This document shows positions 36,340 to 48,100 of a DNA stretch of 64,000 bases, one piece after another. This stretch comes from Cyanophora paradoxa CCMP329 (taxonomy: Eukaryota > Plantae > Glaucophyta). Below the pieces are notes generated by a model that did no database searches, had not been told where the DNA came from, and saw only the letters and a program-made list of their open reading frames with translations. Location of the stretch: the NCBI GenBank assembly GCA_004431415.1, contig QPMI01000657.1, positions 124,001 through 188,000 on the forward strand, in the 5' to 3' direction. How positions within the stretch are numbered: the first letter of the stretch is position 1; each line of letters begins with the position of its first letter. A program made the translations under genes and the position numbers.

Positions 36340-37426
36340 ATGCTGCGAATTCTCGGCGCCGCCGCGGCGGGCGCGGCCATCGCGCTGGGCGCGCGCGAGG
36401 CGGATCTGCTGCCGGCGGCCAGGCCGCCCACAGTCGCACACGCAGAAGGTGCGGTCCTTAAGTTTGGCCGCAATTAGATCGGTTCGGAGCCCGTTTTACT
36501 CGAGCCTTGCCTTCTCCCTGCCGGGCCGTGCGCGTACGTTCCGGTCGACCGCTCCGCGGCCGAGCTGAGCTTGATGCGCCGACTGTTGCCAGACGCGTGC
36601 CCGGCGCGCTTGCGCAGATCTCGAGGGGAATGAGGTGGTAGGACGCTTCAAGAGCAGCGGGCTCCTCTTTAAGGCGCGTATGCGAGACGTTAGCTATAGC
36701 TATATATAGCCGCGCGGGCGCGCCGCGTGCTAACGTCTTGGGGTGCAGGATACTGTGAAAGTCTCAGCTTTCCCTGATCCGAAGGTCAGCGGCCTCACCC
36801 TTCACCTCAGCTACGTCGGTGCGGCCGCGGCCCCGCGCGCGCCGCCTCGCCGCGGCCCTCGGCCTAGGCCTCACGCCGGCGCCGCGCGCGGGGCAGACCG
36901 GGCGCTGGACCCGTTCGGCGACAGCAGCATCGCGTCCCTCAGCCTCGCGCAGGCGGCGGCCCCGCGCGCGCTCCGCTCCTCCCGCCCCCTGTCTGACAGG
37001 CCGCGCGGGCGCAGACGGGCCCGCTGCGGATCCTGGAGCCGCTGGACACGAGCCTGGAGGGCGAGGAGGTCTTCAGCAAGAGGCGGAACTGGCTCTTCAA
37101 GGACATCCGCGTTCGCCGCATCTACGACAGGTCCGCCCTCGCCGCGCGCGCGGCCGCCGGCCGCCGGCCCGGTCGCAGCGGACGCGGTTGAACGGAGCCT
37201 GTGATGGACGACCCGGCAGGAAGACGAACAGCCTGGTGTACGTGAGCTACTCCACGAGGATCTTCAAGGAAATTAACGTGCGCTCCCCCTCCTCTTCCAC
37301 AGCCTCGAACTCGCGCGAGACTGATTTCGAGCCCCCCCCACGCAGACACCGCACAGCCTGTACAAGACGTCCATCGCGGCGGTGGGCCTCTGGGACAAGG
37401 ACGTGCACCCCGACGCGAAGAAGTAG
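36340..37426 (+). CDS. creA: CreA-family protein (multi-exon) with N-terminal targeting-like peptide
   Basis: Spliced: MLRILGAAAAG...AHAE|DLEGNEVVGRFKSSGLLFK|DTVKVSAFPDPKV...|TGPL...GEEVFSKRRNWLFKDIRVRRIYD|RKTNSLVYVSYS...KTSIAAV. This follows the bacterial CreA pattern (AFxDP; GExVF..R...FK...V.R.YD...N.L.Y..YS). Confidence 0.8.
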
Positions 37427-37773
37427 CGCGCGGGCTCCGATTCGCGGCGGGCCGTTCCCCGCCTCTGCCCCACCACGCGGCCCTCTGCGCCCCCCTCCTC
37501 CCCATCGTCCCCCTCCTCGAGTCCCTCGATCGCTCCCCCCACCCCCCGCAGCGCCACGATGCCGCACGCGCAATCAAAAGCGTACTTCTCAGAGCCGCGC
37601 GCTCCTCTCGTTGAGCGGGGGTGCGGGGCGCGGCCTTAACTTCACCAGGGGACGTCGAGGGCGAGGGCGTCGGTCTCGGACCAGGGGCGGCTGGGGACAA
37701 GGTGCTCCTCGGCCGTCGCGCGCCCCAGGCCCTCGCTCCAGACCCGGCCGTCCCCCCGGAAGAGCGGGTTCAG

Positions 37774-38590
37774 CTAGAGCAGGCTCTCCAGCGCCGCCCG
37801 GGCCCGCAGCGCGCTCAACTCCGCGTCCTGCAGGCACGCCTCCACCCCGACGCTCAGGTCCGGCGTGTGCCGCGCCGCCTCCACCGCCCCCCGCCGCTCC
37901 CGCACGAGCGCCACGAAGCGCGCGTTCTCCTCCGCCCGGCTCGACCACATCGGCTTGCCCCGGAGCGCCGGCTCCGTGGACCACCGCGCGTGGTGGCCCG
38001 CGCTGGCGGCCAGCGGCAGGACCCGCTCGATCACGGTGTCCCTGCGCGCGAGGCGGCTGCAGTGAGCGCGGGGCAGGGCGTTGAGCTCGGGCCGGGCAGC
38101 GCACCAGGTCGCCAGCGTGGCCTCGCTCAGCGGCTCGCTCGTCCAGACGACGGCCTTGACCTGGGATGGACGCACGCGCCGTCCGCGCGCGTGTGCTCAG
38201 CGGCTACGCGCGCCCTAAAGCTTTACAGCGAGCATTTGCAGCTCAGCGGCTGGCGGGACTTCGAACCTGCTTGCGAGCAGTCCTCTGTTGCTCCACGTCG
38301 GCAGCCGGCCAGCCGAGGAAGTCCAGGAGCGCAGCTGCGCGTAACTCCGATGCTCCGGCTCCAGCTGCAGCTGCGGCCGCGCTGGCAGCGAAGTCGAGCA
38401 GCGCGTCGGCTCGAGCTGCGAATGCGAACTGCTTCGTGTTGATGGGCCCGGACCGCCAGCTGCCCCAATCCGCCTCGGACTTCGACATGACGCGGAGGGC
38501 GAGGGCGGCGGTTCGGCCTGCCGCGCTGGCCTCGCGCAGCGCGGCGTGCTCGCCGCGCTCGAAGGCCGCGGCGAACTCCGCGGGCGTCAT
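37774..38590 (-). CDS. Hypothetical spliced protein
   Basis: ORFs 38243-38617 and 37774-38175 can be joined by a GTTCG...CCCAG intron and have coding-like composition. No recognisable domain; the 3' end is uncertain. Confidence 0.45.
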
Positions 38591-39268
38591 CGGGGCGGCC
38601 AAAGGCGTCTGCAGCAAAATGGACGCTCGGCGCGAGCGCTAGCTGCTAGCCTGCGCGGCTGCGCGCCTACCAGCCGGCCAAATTAAAGCCTCACTAGCTG
38701 CGCGCTATAGCTCGCGCTCGGGCTCGCCTGCCTATAGCTAGTGCGCATGCCTCTCGTATACCCCCCCTCATCTCGCCTGAGTCGCCTGAGAGTCGCCTCA
38801 AGCTTGCCATCAATGCCTCTTTGATTTTTGTGGTTTTCGCTTCTCTTGCCACGTGATTTGCTTCTCTTTGATTTTGTGGTTTTCGCGGGATATCGATCGA
38901 GGATCTCTTGGAGGGGCCCCCTTGGGCCTAGAAAAAAATGCCCCGCGCTGTTGCCAGCCGGGGACAGGTGACAGGATGTAGGGTGTCGGCAATGGGCCCT
39001 CTCTTGCGATCCTTGGACCCACACCTCCTCCCAGACAGAAACGTGAGGCTCGACCGCCCCCACAAACAACTTAGATGGTTCGCGATCGAAGCCGATTTAA
39101 ATCGGCTTTAAACGCGACGACTGCGCCGAAACTGGGACCGCGGATCGCGGATCCCGGATTGCGGATCTGGACCGCGGCCGATCGACCACACCAGCAAACC
39201 AGCGTAGCTTAGCACAAATCAGCGTGTACGTAGCTCAGCGCATCCCGATCGCCCAGCAGAACCTCGGA

Positions 39269-41484
39269 ATGTCCGATCGGCCCGAGGACCACAGCGGGAG
39301 CGCGCTTCACGGCCTCCCCGATGATCTCCTCTCCCGCGTCTTCGTCTTCGTTGCCACGGCCCTCGATCCGCCTCGCGATCCCGACTGGCTGCAGAACCCA
39401 GCGCCTCCGCTCTGTTGCGGGCAACTTGAGGCGGATGTCTGCCCGGAGCTGGCGATCGAGCCGGATGCCATGCTCGACAAGCTCGCCCCGCTCCGCGCGG
39501 TGTGCCGGCGATTCAAGAGGCTGGTGCGATCGTAGCTGCGCGCGTGATCCTTGCCGTCTGCCTGGTGGCCCGCTCATCTGTACGTACGAGCGCAGGTCGA
39601 CGGAGCGACCTGGGAGCGCGTGCTCCTAAACTGCGTCCCCGACAGCGGAGAGGCCCCGGGCGAAGCGGACGACGACTTCGGCGTGGCCTCCCCCACCGCC
39701 GCGGGCCCCGCGCCCTCCTCGTCCCAATCGGCCCCGGCGGCCCCGGCCCCGGCGGCCGCCCCGCGGGGTGCGGACGACCCCGGCGCCCGCCTCTCGCGGC
39801 TCCTGGGTCGGCCGGAGAGCTTCAAGCGCGGCGTGCGGCGGCTGCGGCTGGTGCTGGACCGCTTCCCGGCGCTGTGCGGGGCGCAGCTGCGGGCGCTCGC
39901 CGGCGACGGGGCCCTGGCGCAGGGCCTCGTGGAGCTCGACCTGCTCGTCCTGCGGCAGCCCGACCAGTCGCACCCCGTCCGCTGCCTCTCCGTCCTCCCG
40001 GGCCTCCCCGCCCTCCGCGCCCTCCGCGTCGCCGCCCACGAGGTGGATTCCGACCGCGAGCGCCCCCGGCGGCCGCTCCGCCTCCGCGGGGGCGCGCGGA
40101 CGAAGCAGACGGCGCGCAAGAGCACGGGCGGGGAGGACCCTCGCAAGCGATACCGCGCGGAGGCGGCGGCGGTGGAGGAGGCGGCGGCGGCGATCGCCGG
40201 GGCGGGCGGGGGCGGGCTCGAGCTCCTCGACCTCCCCGCCCTCCCCCTGACGCGGGAGGGCGTGCGCGCGCTGCGGCGCCTCCCGCTCCGCGCCCTGCGC
40301 CTCGCCTCCTTCAGCCCGGCGGTCTCCCGCGAGGTCCTCCTCGCCGCAGCGACCGCCTTCCCCGCCCTCCACCGCCTCCACTTCCGCGGGTACGACGTGG
40401 AGTCCTACCTCGAGGACCCCCCGCCGGATCTGGTCGCGGACTCGGAGGAGTTTGCGCTGTACGAGGCCCTCGGCGACATGGCCGAGCTCCGCTGTGCGCC
40501 GCCCGCCCCGGCCCCTGGGCGCCGCCGCTCGCTCGCTCGCTCGCTCACCCATGCGGCGCCGGCGCAGCGCTCGGCGTGGACACGCGCCTCCGCTCTCTCG
40601 AGTTCCTGCGGCGGCTCCCGAGGCTCGAACACTTCTCGGCGATGCTCGCCGCCCGGGCTGACCCGGCGCCCCTCGCCGAGCTCGGCCCCCGCCTCCGCAC
40701 CCTCGGCGCCGCCCGCACGGAGCTCACGGAGCGGGAGTGGCGCCGCCTCACCGGCAACGAAGTAGACAGGACCCGCCGCCTCGTCGGGGTCGACGCGATC
40801 GAGGGCGACGAGGGCGAGCGGACCAGCGGCCTGCGGGAGACCTCCCGCGCCGCCCTCGTCGCCGCCCTCGAGCGCATGTCCGCCCTCGAGGTGCCCTCTA
40901 CCCCCCCCTCTCCCCCCCTCTTACCTCGGCGCCGGTACCCCCAGGGCCTGCACCTGCACGTGAGCAACGCGGCGATGCTGGCGCTCTCGGAGGCGGCGCT
41001 GGGGGGCCTGCCCCGCCTCCGCGTCCTCTCCCTCTCCTGCGAGGACGCCCCCTTCGCGCCCCTCGCCGTCCTCGCCGTGCGCACGCGTACCCCCGCCCGC
41101 GTCCCGTCCCGCCGGGCCGGGCGGGCGCGCAGGGGGCGGCGGCGGGCCTGGCGGGCCTGCAGGACCTCCGCCTCGACGCCCTGCCGCTGCCGCTCCCCGA
41201 GGAGGTCCTCGCGCCGCTCGCCGCCCGCCGCCTGCGCCGCCTGCGGGCGACGCTCTTCACGCCCTCGCGCGGGGGCGCCGGACTGGCCGGCGGGGCGCGA
41301 GGCCGACGCGGCGGCGCGCATGCGCTCGGACCTCGAGGCGCGCCTCGGCGTGCGCGTCGGGCCCGCCGCCGTGTACGGGCCCCCGCTGGGGCGCGGCCGG
41401 CGCGTTTTCGGGCATTGGGTGGACCCGCACCTCCGCCAGCCCGACTACAACGAGAAGCTCGCGCAGTTCTTCGACGCCGCGTAG
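39269..41484 (+). CDS. F-box / leucine-rich-repeat protein containing an internal LRLRGG-histone H3 tail motif
   Basis: LHGLPDDLLSRVF...LRAVCRRFKRL|VD (F-box-like with insert). LRR units LVELDL, LPALRALRV, LELLDL, FPALHRLHF, LPRLEHF, LPRLRVLSL. Motif at 40076-40147. Confidence 0.8.
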
Positions 41485-42170
41485 CTGTAGCTCGCGCCGC
41501 GCCTGCTGGAAGTTCAATTCTAGATCTCTCGATCGCGAGCTCCCAGATCTAGATCTAGCTGACAGCACGTTTATAGGTTTTTCGATTCGGGTCAGCGGCT
41601 AGCGCCTCGTTCAAACCTGCAGCTGCACGGTTCATTGCAGGACATTCCCATTTGCAAGTACTATTCAGGGCTTACAATGCGCGATCGCGACAAATATTAG
41701 TCGTACGCGTGTTCATGGTTACGTTTACCGGTGTCTGTTTTGAAAAGTCTGTAAGTGCAAATCCAAATCGCTTTGAATCTACGCGGCTACCTGTATGGGA
41801 ATATATACGAAGGAACGCTGATGTGCCTCTCAGCGGAAAGGTCTCTCTGGCGGCGCGGGTCCCGCACTCACGGGGAAAAGGCGGCCTCTTTTCGCACCGG
41901 CAGCGCCGAAAAATTATAGAGAGGCACATGAACTGGGGAATCCAAACTATGACGAACAGGGCGATTAAAACTCCAGCTATTATACTGATAGGCTATATTG
42001 TACAACGCAAGAGGCGGAGGGACGAATTCGAATGAGAATTTAAAGGTCCTGGAGGGGGGTCTGCGAACGCAAGAAGACTCTGTGCAGGCGAAATTCAAAG
42101 CGGGCTACGATAAACACACGAGTGTCCGGGGGGCAGTCCGGGGGTCCCTGGGCCGGTCGGGCCCGATCAA

Positions 42171-45100
42171 TCAGTCCGTGGGGGGGCAGGGGTAGTCGTC
42201 GTCCATCGGGTCGCCCTCGAGCTCGCGGCCGCGCTTGTGGCCGGAGAGGGAGGCCCCCTCGCCGGGCCCCGGCGAGGCGCTGAGCCCGGCGGCGAAGGGC
42301 GACTGCGCGCTCAGCCCGAAGTCGAAGGGGCCCCCGAAGAGGAGCGAGGCCGGCACGCCGCCGCCTCCGCCGCCGGAGCCGTCGCTGGCGCCCGGGGGCG
42401 GCGCCAGGGCGGAGAGGGCGGCGGCGCCGTAGAGGCCGGCGAGCGGGTCCTCCCAGTCGAAGGCGGCGCCCCCGAGGAACGCGTCGTAGGGGGCGGCGCC
42501 GCCGGGGAAGGCGAGGCCGAGGCCGGGGCCGCCGGGGCCCGGGGCGTCGGGCCCGGGGCCGAGCTGGACGCCCTGCTCCCGCATCAGCTCGAGGTGCTCG
42601 CGCAGCTGCTCGCTGACGACGCGCGCCATCGCCGGCGAGGGCGCCGGCGACGACCCCGAGCTCGTCCCCTGCTGCTGCTGCTGCTCCGGCGGCGAGAGGC
42701 CCGCCGCCGCCGCCGCCGCCGCCGCCTGCGCCGCGGCAGCCGCCTGCGCCGCCTGCACGTGCGGCATCGCGAGGCGCGCCTGCTGCGCGATGGCGGCGGC
42801 CGCCGCCGCGAGGCTCGCCGCCTCCGCCGCCGAGCGCGCCGGCGGCTGCGGGTGCGCGTGGGCGGCGGGGGAAGGAGCGGGGGACTGGGCGGGGGCGGCG
42901 GGGCCGGGGCGACGGGGATGGCGGAGGGAGGGAGGAGGAACGATGCGAGGGAGGCGAGGAGCGTGTAGTCGGGCCCGCCGCCCTGGGCGAGGAGCCCCGA
43001 GGCGAGGAGGGCAGCGGCGAGGTTCGCCGGGATCTGCGGCGTCGCAGAGGGCGGCGACTCGCCCTGCACCACCGGCGGCGGGCTCGGCGCCTGCGCCTGC
43101 GCCTGCCCCTGCGCCGCCGGGTGCGGCGCGGGGCCGCCGCCGCGCTTGACGAGGCGGCCGCCGCGCGCTGCTGCGCGGCCGACGCGGCGGCCGACGCGGC
43201 GGCGAGCCGCAGCTGCGCGGGGGAGGGCCGGCGGGGCGCCCACGGCGGGGCCGCCGGGGGCCTCGCGGGGGCCGGAGGGAGACGGGGTGCCGAGGGCGCG
43301 GAGGAGCGAGGCGGGGGAGGTGGAGCCGGACCAGAGGCCGGCGCCCCGGGCCCCCGCGGCGGCAGACCCGGGGGCGGCCAGCGCCGGGCCGCAGGGCGCG
43401 CCGGCGCGGCGGCGGCGAGGGGCGGCTCCTGCGGGCTGGGCGTGGAGGGCGCCGGCGGCTGGTGCGCGGCCTGCGCGGCCTGCTGCGCGTGCTGCTGCTG
43501 CAGCTGGGCGATGGCGGCCTGCTGCGCCTGCTGCAGCTGCGCCACCGCCGCCTGCTGGGCCGCCTGCAGCTGCTGCGTCTGCGCCGCCTGGCTCGCCTGG
43601 AGCTGCTGGGTCTGCTGCGCCTGGCTCGCCTGCAGCAGCTGCTGCGCGAGCGCGACGGCGCCCTGCGCGGCGGCCGGGACGCGGGCGCCGGGGCGAGCGG
43701 AGAGACGGCGGAGGCGGCGAGCATCGGCGAGAGCGCCGCGCCGAGGTACTGGAGCAGGCTCGGGTGCACCCCGCCAACGCCGGCTGCTGCGCCCGCGCCC
43801 CGCCTGCGGCTCCGCCGGCGCCTGGGCCGGGGCCGGCGGGGCGGGGGCGGGGGCGGCGCCTGCGGGCGGCGGGCGGGGCCGGGCCGGGGCCTGGGCCGCA
43901 GGGCGGCGGCGGCCGCCATCAGAGAGGCGGCCTGCAGGAGCGGGGGCAAGGGCCCGCTGGGGGCAGCGGCGCGCTGGGGTACGGCGCCACGTGCCCGGGC
44001 CCGGACGCCGGGATGGGCTGCACGGCGGGGTCCGACTTGCGCTTCCGCTGCAGCCGCGAGGCGGCGACGGCGCCCGGGCGGGGGCGCCGGGCCCGGCGGG
44101 GAGGGGACGGGGAGGGGCACGGCCCCCGCCTGGGCCTGCATCTGGTGGAGCTGCTGGAGGGCCCGGGACTGCGGGCTCCCCGCCGGGTTCGCCACCCCGG
44201 GGGCCCCGGGGAAGGTCGCGTGGGGCCCCAGCCGCGGCGAGACGTGCCGCGCGCCGACCGCCGGCGGCAGCGGCTGCAGCGGGGACCCCTGCGGGACCGG
44301 CACCGACGGGCGCATCGTCTGCCCCGGGGAGGGCATGGGCGCGGCCGGCGTGGCGAAGAGGGAGGCGGGGGTCTGGCCCTGGGCGGGCGTCTGCGGGGGC
44401 GCGGGGGCGAGGGGGCGAGTGCGGTTGGTGGAGAGCTGCGGGGAGGTCTGGTGGCTGCCCCCGCCAGCGCGGGCGAGGCCGGCGAGCAGCGTCTGCTGCG
44501 AGGGCGTCTGCGGTGGCTGCGGCGACGCCTGCGGCAGCGCCGCCCCGTGCGGGTGCAGCTGCGGCGTCCCCGGGGCGTGCGCCCGCGCCGCCTGCGCCTC
44601 GCCGGCGCCCGCGGCATCCTGCGGGTGCGGCGGCTGCGGCTGGTGCTGCGGCTGCGGCTGCGGCGCGAAGGGCAGCGGGGCGGCCGGCGGGGCGAGGGCC
44701 GGCGAGGGGGTCACGAGGGTCGCCGAGACGGGCGGCGTGGGCCCGCTGAGGATGGCCGGTGGGGGGCGCCCAGGGAGGCGGCGGGGGAGGGCTGGCCCGG
44801 CCCCGCCCCAGGCCCCGCCGGCGCCGCCGCCGATGGCCGGCATCTGCAGGGCGGCCAGCGTCGAGTCGGAGGCGGCGGTGCTGCCGACGGAGCGGGGCGG
44901 GGCCGGCGGGGCCGCCGCGCGGGCCGCCCCGGCGCCGGTGCCGGCCTCGAACGAGGCGCGACGGGCCTCGCGTGGCTCCGATCCGTCGTCCCCGCCCGCC
45001 ACGGAGCCGGCGGCCTCCTCCTCGGAGCCCTCGCCGCCGGCCCCGCCGCCCGCCGCCCACTCCTCCCCCGCCTCCGCCGCCCGTGCCGCCTCGCCGTACT

Positions 45101-48100
45101 CCTCCAGCAGCGCCCGCGCGCCCACAGAGTCCAGCGCCGCCTGCGAGGCCCCGGCTCGAATCCGGGCGGGAGGGCTCGGCTGAGCGGGGGGTACCTGCAG
45201 CTTGGGGTCCGCCGAGGCTGCGACCCGGTACAGGACGAAGGCGGCCCGCCGCGACCCGCCGTCCCACCGCTGCGCCGGCAGCGGCGGCGGAGGGTCACGG
45301 GGGGGAGCGCTGGAGGGGGGTACGGGGGCGGACCTCGAGGCGGAGGACGGGGCCGAGGCGGGATCCGTCGCCCTCGTCGCCGCCGCGGAAGCGGAGGCCG
45401 CGGGTGGACTCGAGGAGGGACACGAGCCCCGCCAGCGCCTGCGCGCCCGTCAGAAAGGAACCGAAAAGGAAGGGAAAGGAGGGGCGGGGGCGGACGGAGG
45501 ACTCGGAGATCCAGAAGCCGCCGGAGGGGGTCTTGGAGAGGCAGAAGGCCGCCGTCACCGAGAGGGCCGCCAGGCGCGTCGCCGGATCGATCAGCAGCCG
45601 CGCCATCTGAGCCGTCTGAGCCGCCGGGGCGGGGGGGGGGGGGGGGGGGGGGGGGCGGGTACCCGGGAGAAGTCGGGAGGGTGGAGTGGCAGGTCCCCGA
45701 ACGTCCCCAGCACCCGCACCGCCAGGTCCGCCACGATCCTGTACCCCCCAGGAAACGTCAGGGGGGTTGCTGGGATCTATCTGGAGGGGTCGGACGGGCG
45801 CACGGGTCGAGGCTGAGGTTGTCGAGGAGGAGGGGTATGACGCCCATGCGGATGACGGAGACGCGGGATCGGATCCCGCCGCGCTCGCAGATGACGAGCA
45901 GGGCGAGGAGGGCGCCCACGATGCCGCACGCCGCCTCCCGCGCCTCGCTGTCCTCCGCGGGGTACAGCACCCGCGCGAACTTGCCGGGGAACGAGTGCGC
46001 CGGCGGCGGCCGGTTCTCCGGCCGCAGCAGCGCGACCTGCGCGGGGGTACGCGATCAATCGAAAGGCGACGGAGGGGTACGTGGGTGGCGCACGAGGTGG
46101 GGAATGGCGCCGAGGTCGAGGAGCCAGCCGAGGAGCCGGGGGTCCCTCGCCACCTGGGCGGGCGCGGGTTCGAGCCCGGAGGGGTACACTTCCGAAAGGG
46201 GCGGGCGGGGGCGGACCTCGGCAATGGCGAAGGATGCGGAGGAGCGGGAGTGGGGGGCGGAGGCGAGGGCGGCGAGGGCGCCCACCTCGCCCGCCGAGAG
46301 GTGCGCCGAGAGGGTCCGCAGCAGCCGGCTCGCCAGCAGGGGGTACCCCTCCCGGATCGAGGTGAGCAGGGGCGGCACGAGGCCGCAGGCCACGGCGCGG
46401 GCCTGGCACGCCGCGTCACCCTCGATCAGCCGCAGCAGCGCCCTGCGAACGGAGGTGAGCGCGGCGCGTCCCTCCGCCTGTCTGTCTCGCGCGGCTGCGG
46501 CGGCGCACCGGGCGGCCTCCGGGGCGAGGGGGAGGGAGGGCGGGCGGGTGACGGCCTCCACGATGGCGTCGAGGGCGCCGCTCTGGAGCAGCGCCGCCCG
46601 CACGTCCGCCCCGGCCGGGCCCTCCGCCAGGTCCGCCAGCGCCGAGATCGCCTCCCGCGCCACCGGCCGCGCCACCGACGCCGGCGCCGGCACCGCCGCC
46701 CGCGCGCCTCGGCCGCGCCGGGGCCGGCGGCGCCGGGGACGGTCCCCGGGAGGGCTCCCCCATGACGAGGCCGGCGAGGCAGGCGAGGGCGCCGTCGGCG
46801 ATGAGGGCCGTGCGGCCGGCCGGCCCCGCCGCCGCCGCGAGGCGCCGGATGGCCGAGACGGCCGAGGAGGCCCGCGGCGGGTCCCGCGCCGCCTGCGCCA
46901 GGAGCCGCGCGCCGCCGCCGGCGCACACGAACTCGTCGGCGAAGGCGCGCGACTGGTTCGCGAGCGTCGCGACGAGCTGGGCGGCGCCGGCGCGGGGCGC
47001 GCGCCCGGCGCCGCAGCCGTCGACGAGGCGGGCCATGGCGAGGGCGTAGAGGCCGCCGCCGGTGCCGTAGGCGAGGAGCTGGTGGACGGCGGCGAAGCGG
47101 GCGACGCCGAGGGCGAGGGGCGCCGCGTCGGCCGCCGTCCCGTCCGTGGAGCGCAGCAGCGAGGCGAGCAGCGCCGTCACGCCGGCGTGGCAGGCGCGCT
47201 CCGCGGCCACGCGCCGCGGCGGCGGGGGCGTGAAGGGCGCCGAGCCCTCGTCCAGCATCGCCAGCGCCGCCGCCGCCGCCCCGGCCGCCGCCGGGATCCC
47301 CGCCAGCCGGTCCCCGGCCGCGAGGGCCGCCGCCGCCGACGCCGCGGCGGCCGGGGAGCGGCGGTGGCCCGGCAGGGGCGCCGCCGGGTCGGGAATGCCC
47401 CAGAAGGAGAGGCTGGTGGCGAGGTCGACGGCGAGCGAGGCGAGGAGAAGGCGGGCGCCGCGGGGCCACCAGGCCGGCCCCAGCTTGGCGCTGGGCGACC
47501 AGGGCAGCTCGCTGCCGAGCACCTCGCCCACGGCCGCCGCGAGCGAGGCCGAGGGCAGGCCCGTGAGGGGGCCCGATGGGCCCTTGCCCAGGTACGCGTT
47601 CCGCGCCAGCGAGAGCGGGCTCGGCTCCCTGCGGGGCAGCTTAGGGACCGGGGAGGGAGGAGGGGCGGGGCGGAGGGCGTCGCGCACTCGGGGGCGAGGG
47701 AGGCGGCGGAGGCGCCGGCGCCGGCGTCGGAGGCGTGCGCGCCGCCGGCGGCGGCCGCCTTGGCCAGGTGCACCAGGTCCGTCAGCAGGTCGTTCGCGAT
47801 GCCGCTCTGCGCGCCCCCGCCGCTCGGGACGGTCCGGGGGAGTGGGGTCGGGGCCGGCGCGGGGCACGGCACCTTGGAGACGAAGGATGCGACGCGGTGG
47901 ACGAAGGCGGCGTCGCTGGCGGAGGCGGGGCCGGCGCCCGGGGCGGCGGCCGAGGGCGAGGAGGGCTCGGGCGAGGGCCGCGGCGAGAGCGACGCCAGCG
48001 GGAGCATGTCCGAGGGGACGAGCAGCGAGCGCAGCCGCTGGCCGATCCGGTACCGCGTGTGCTGGTCCACGTCCGTCCCCAGCAGCTCCAGCTCCAGCAT

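Noticed and set aside
26730-40147. Functional link between the LINE Ulp1 protease and the LRLRGG motif in the nearby F-box gene
   Set aside because: Only proximity supports it. The LINE is an independent, RT-disrupted insertion, and host deubiquitinases would suffice.
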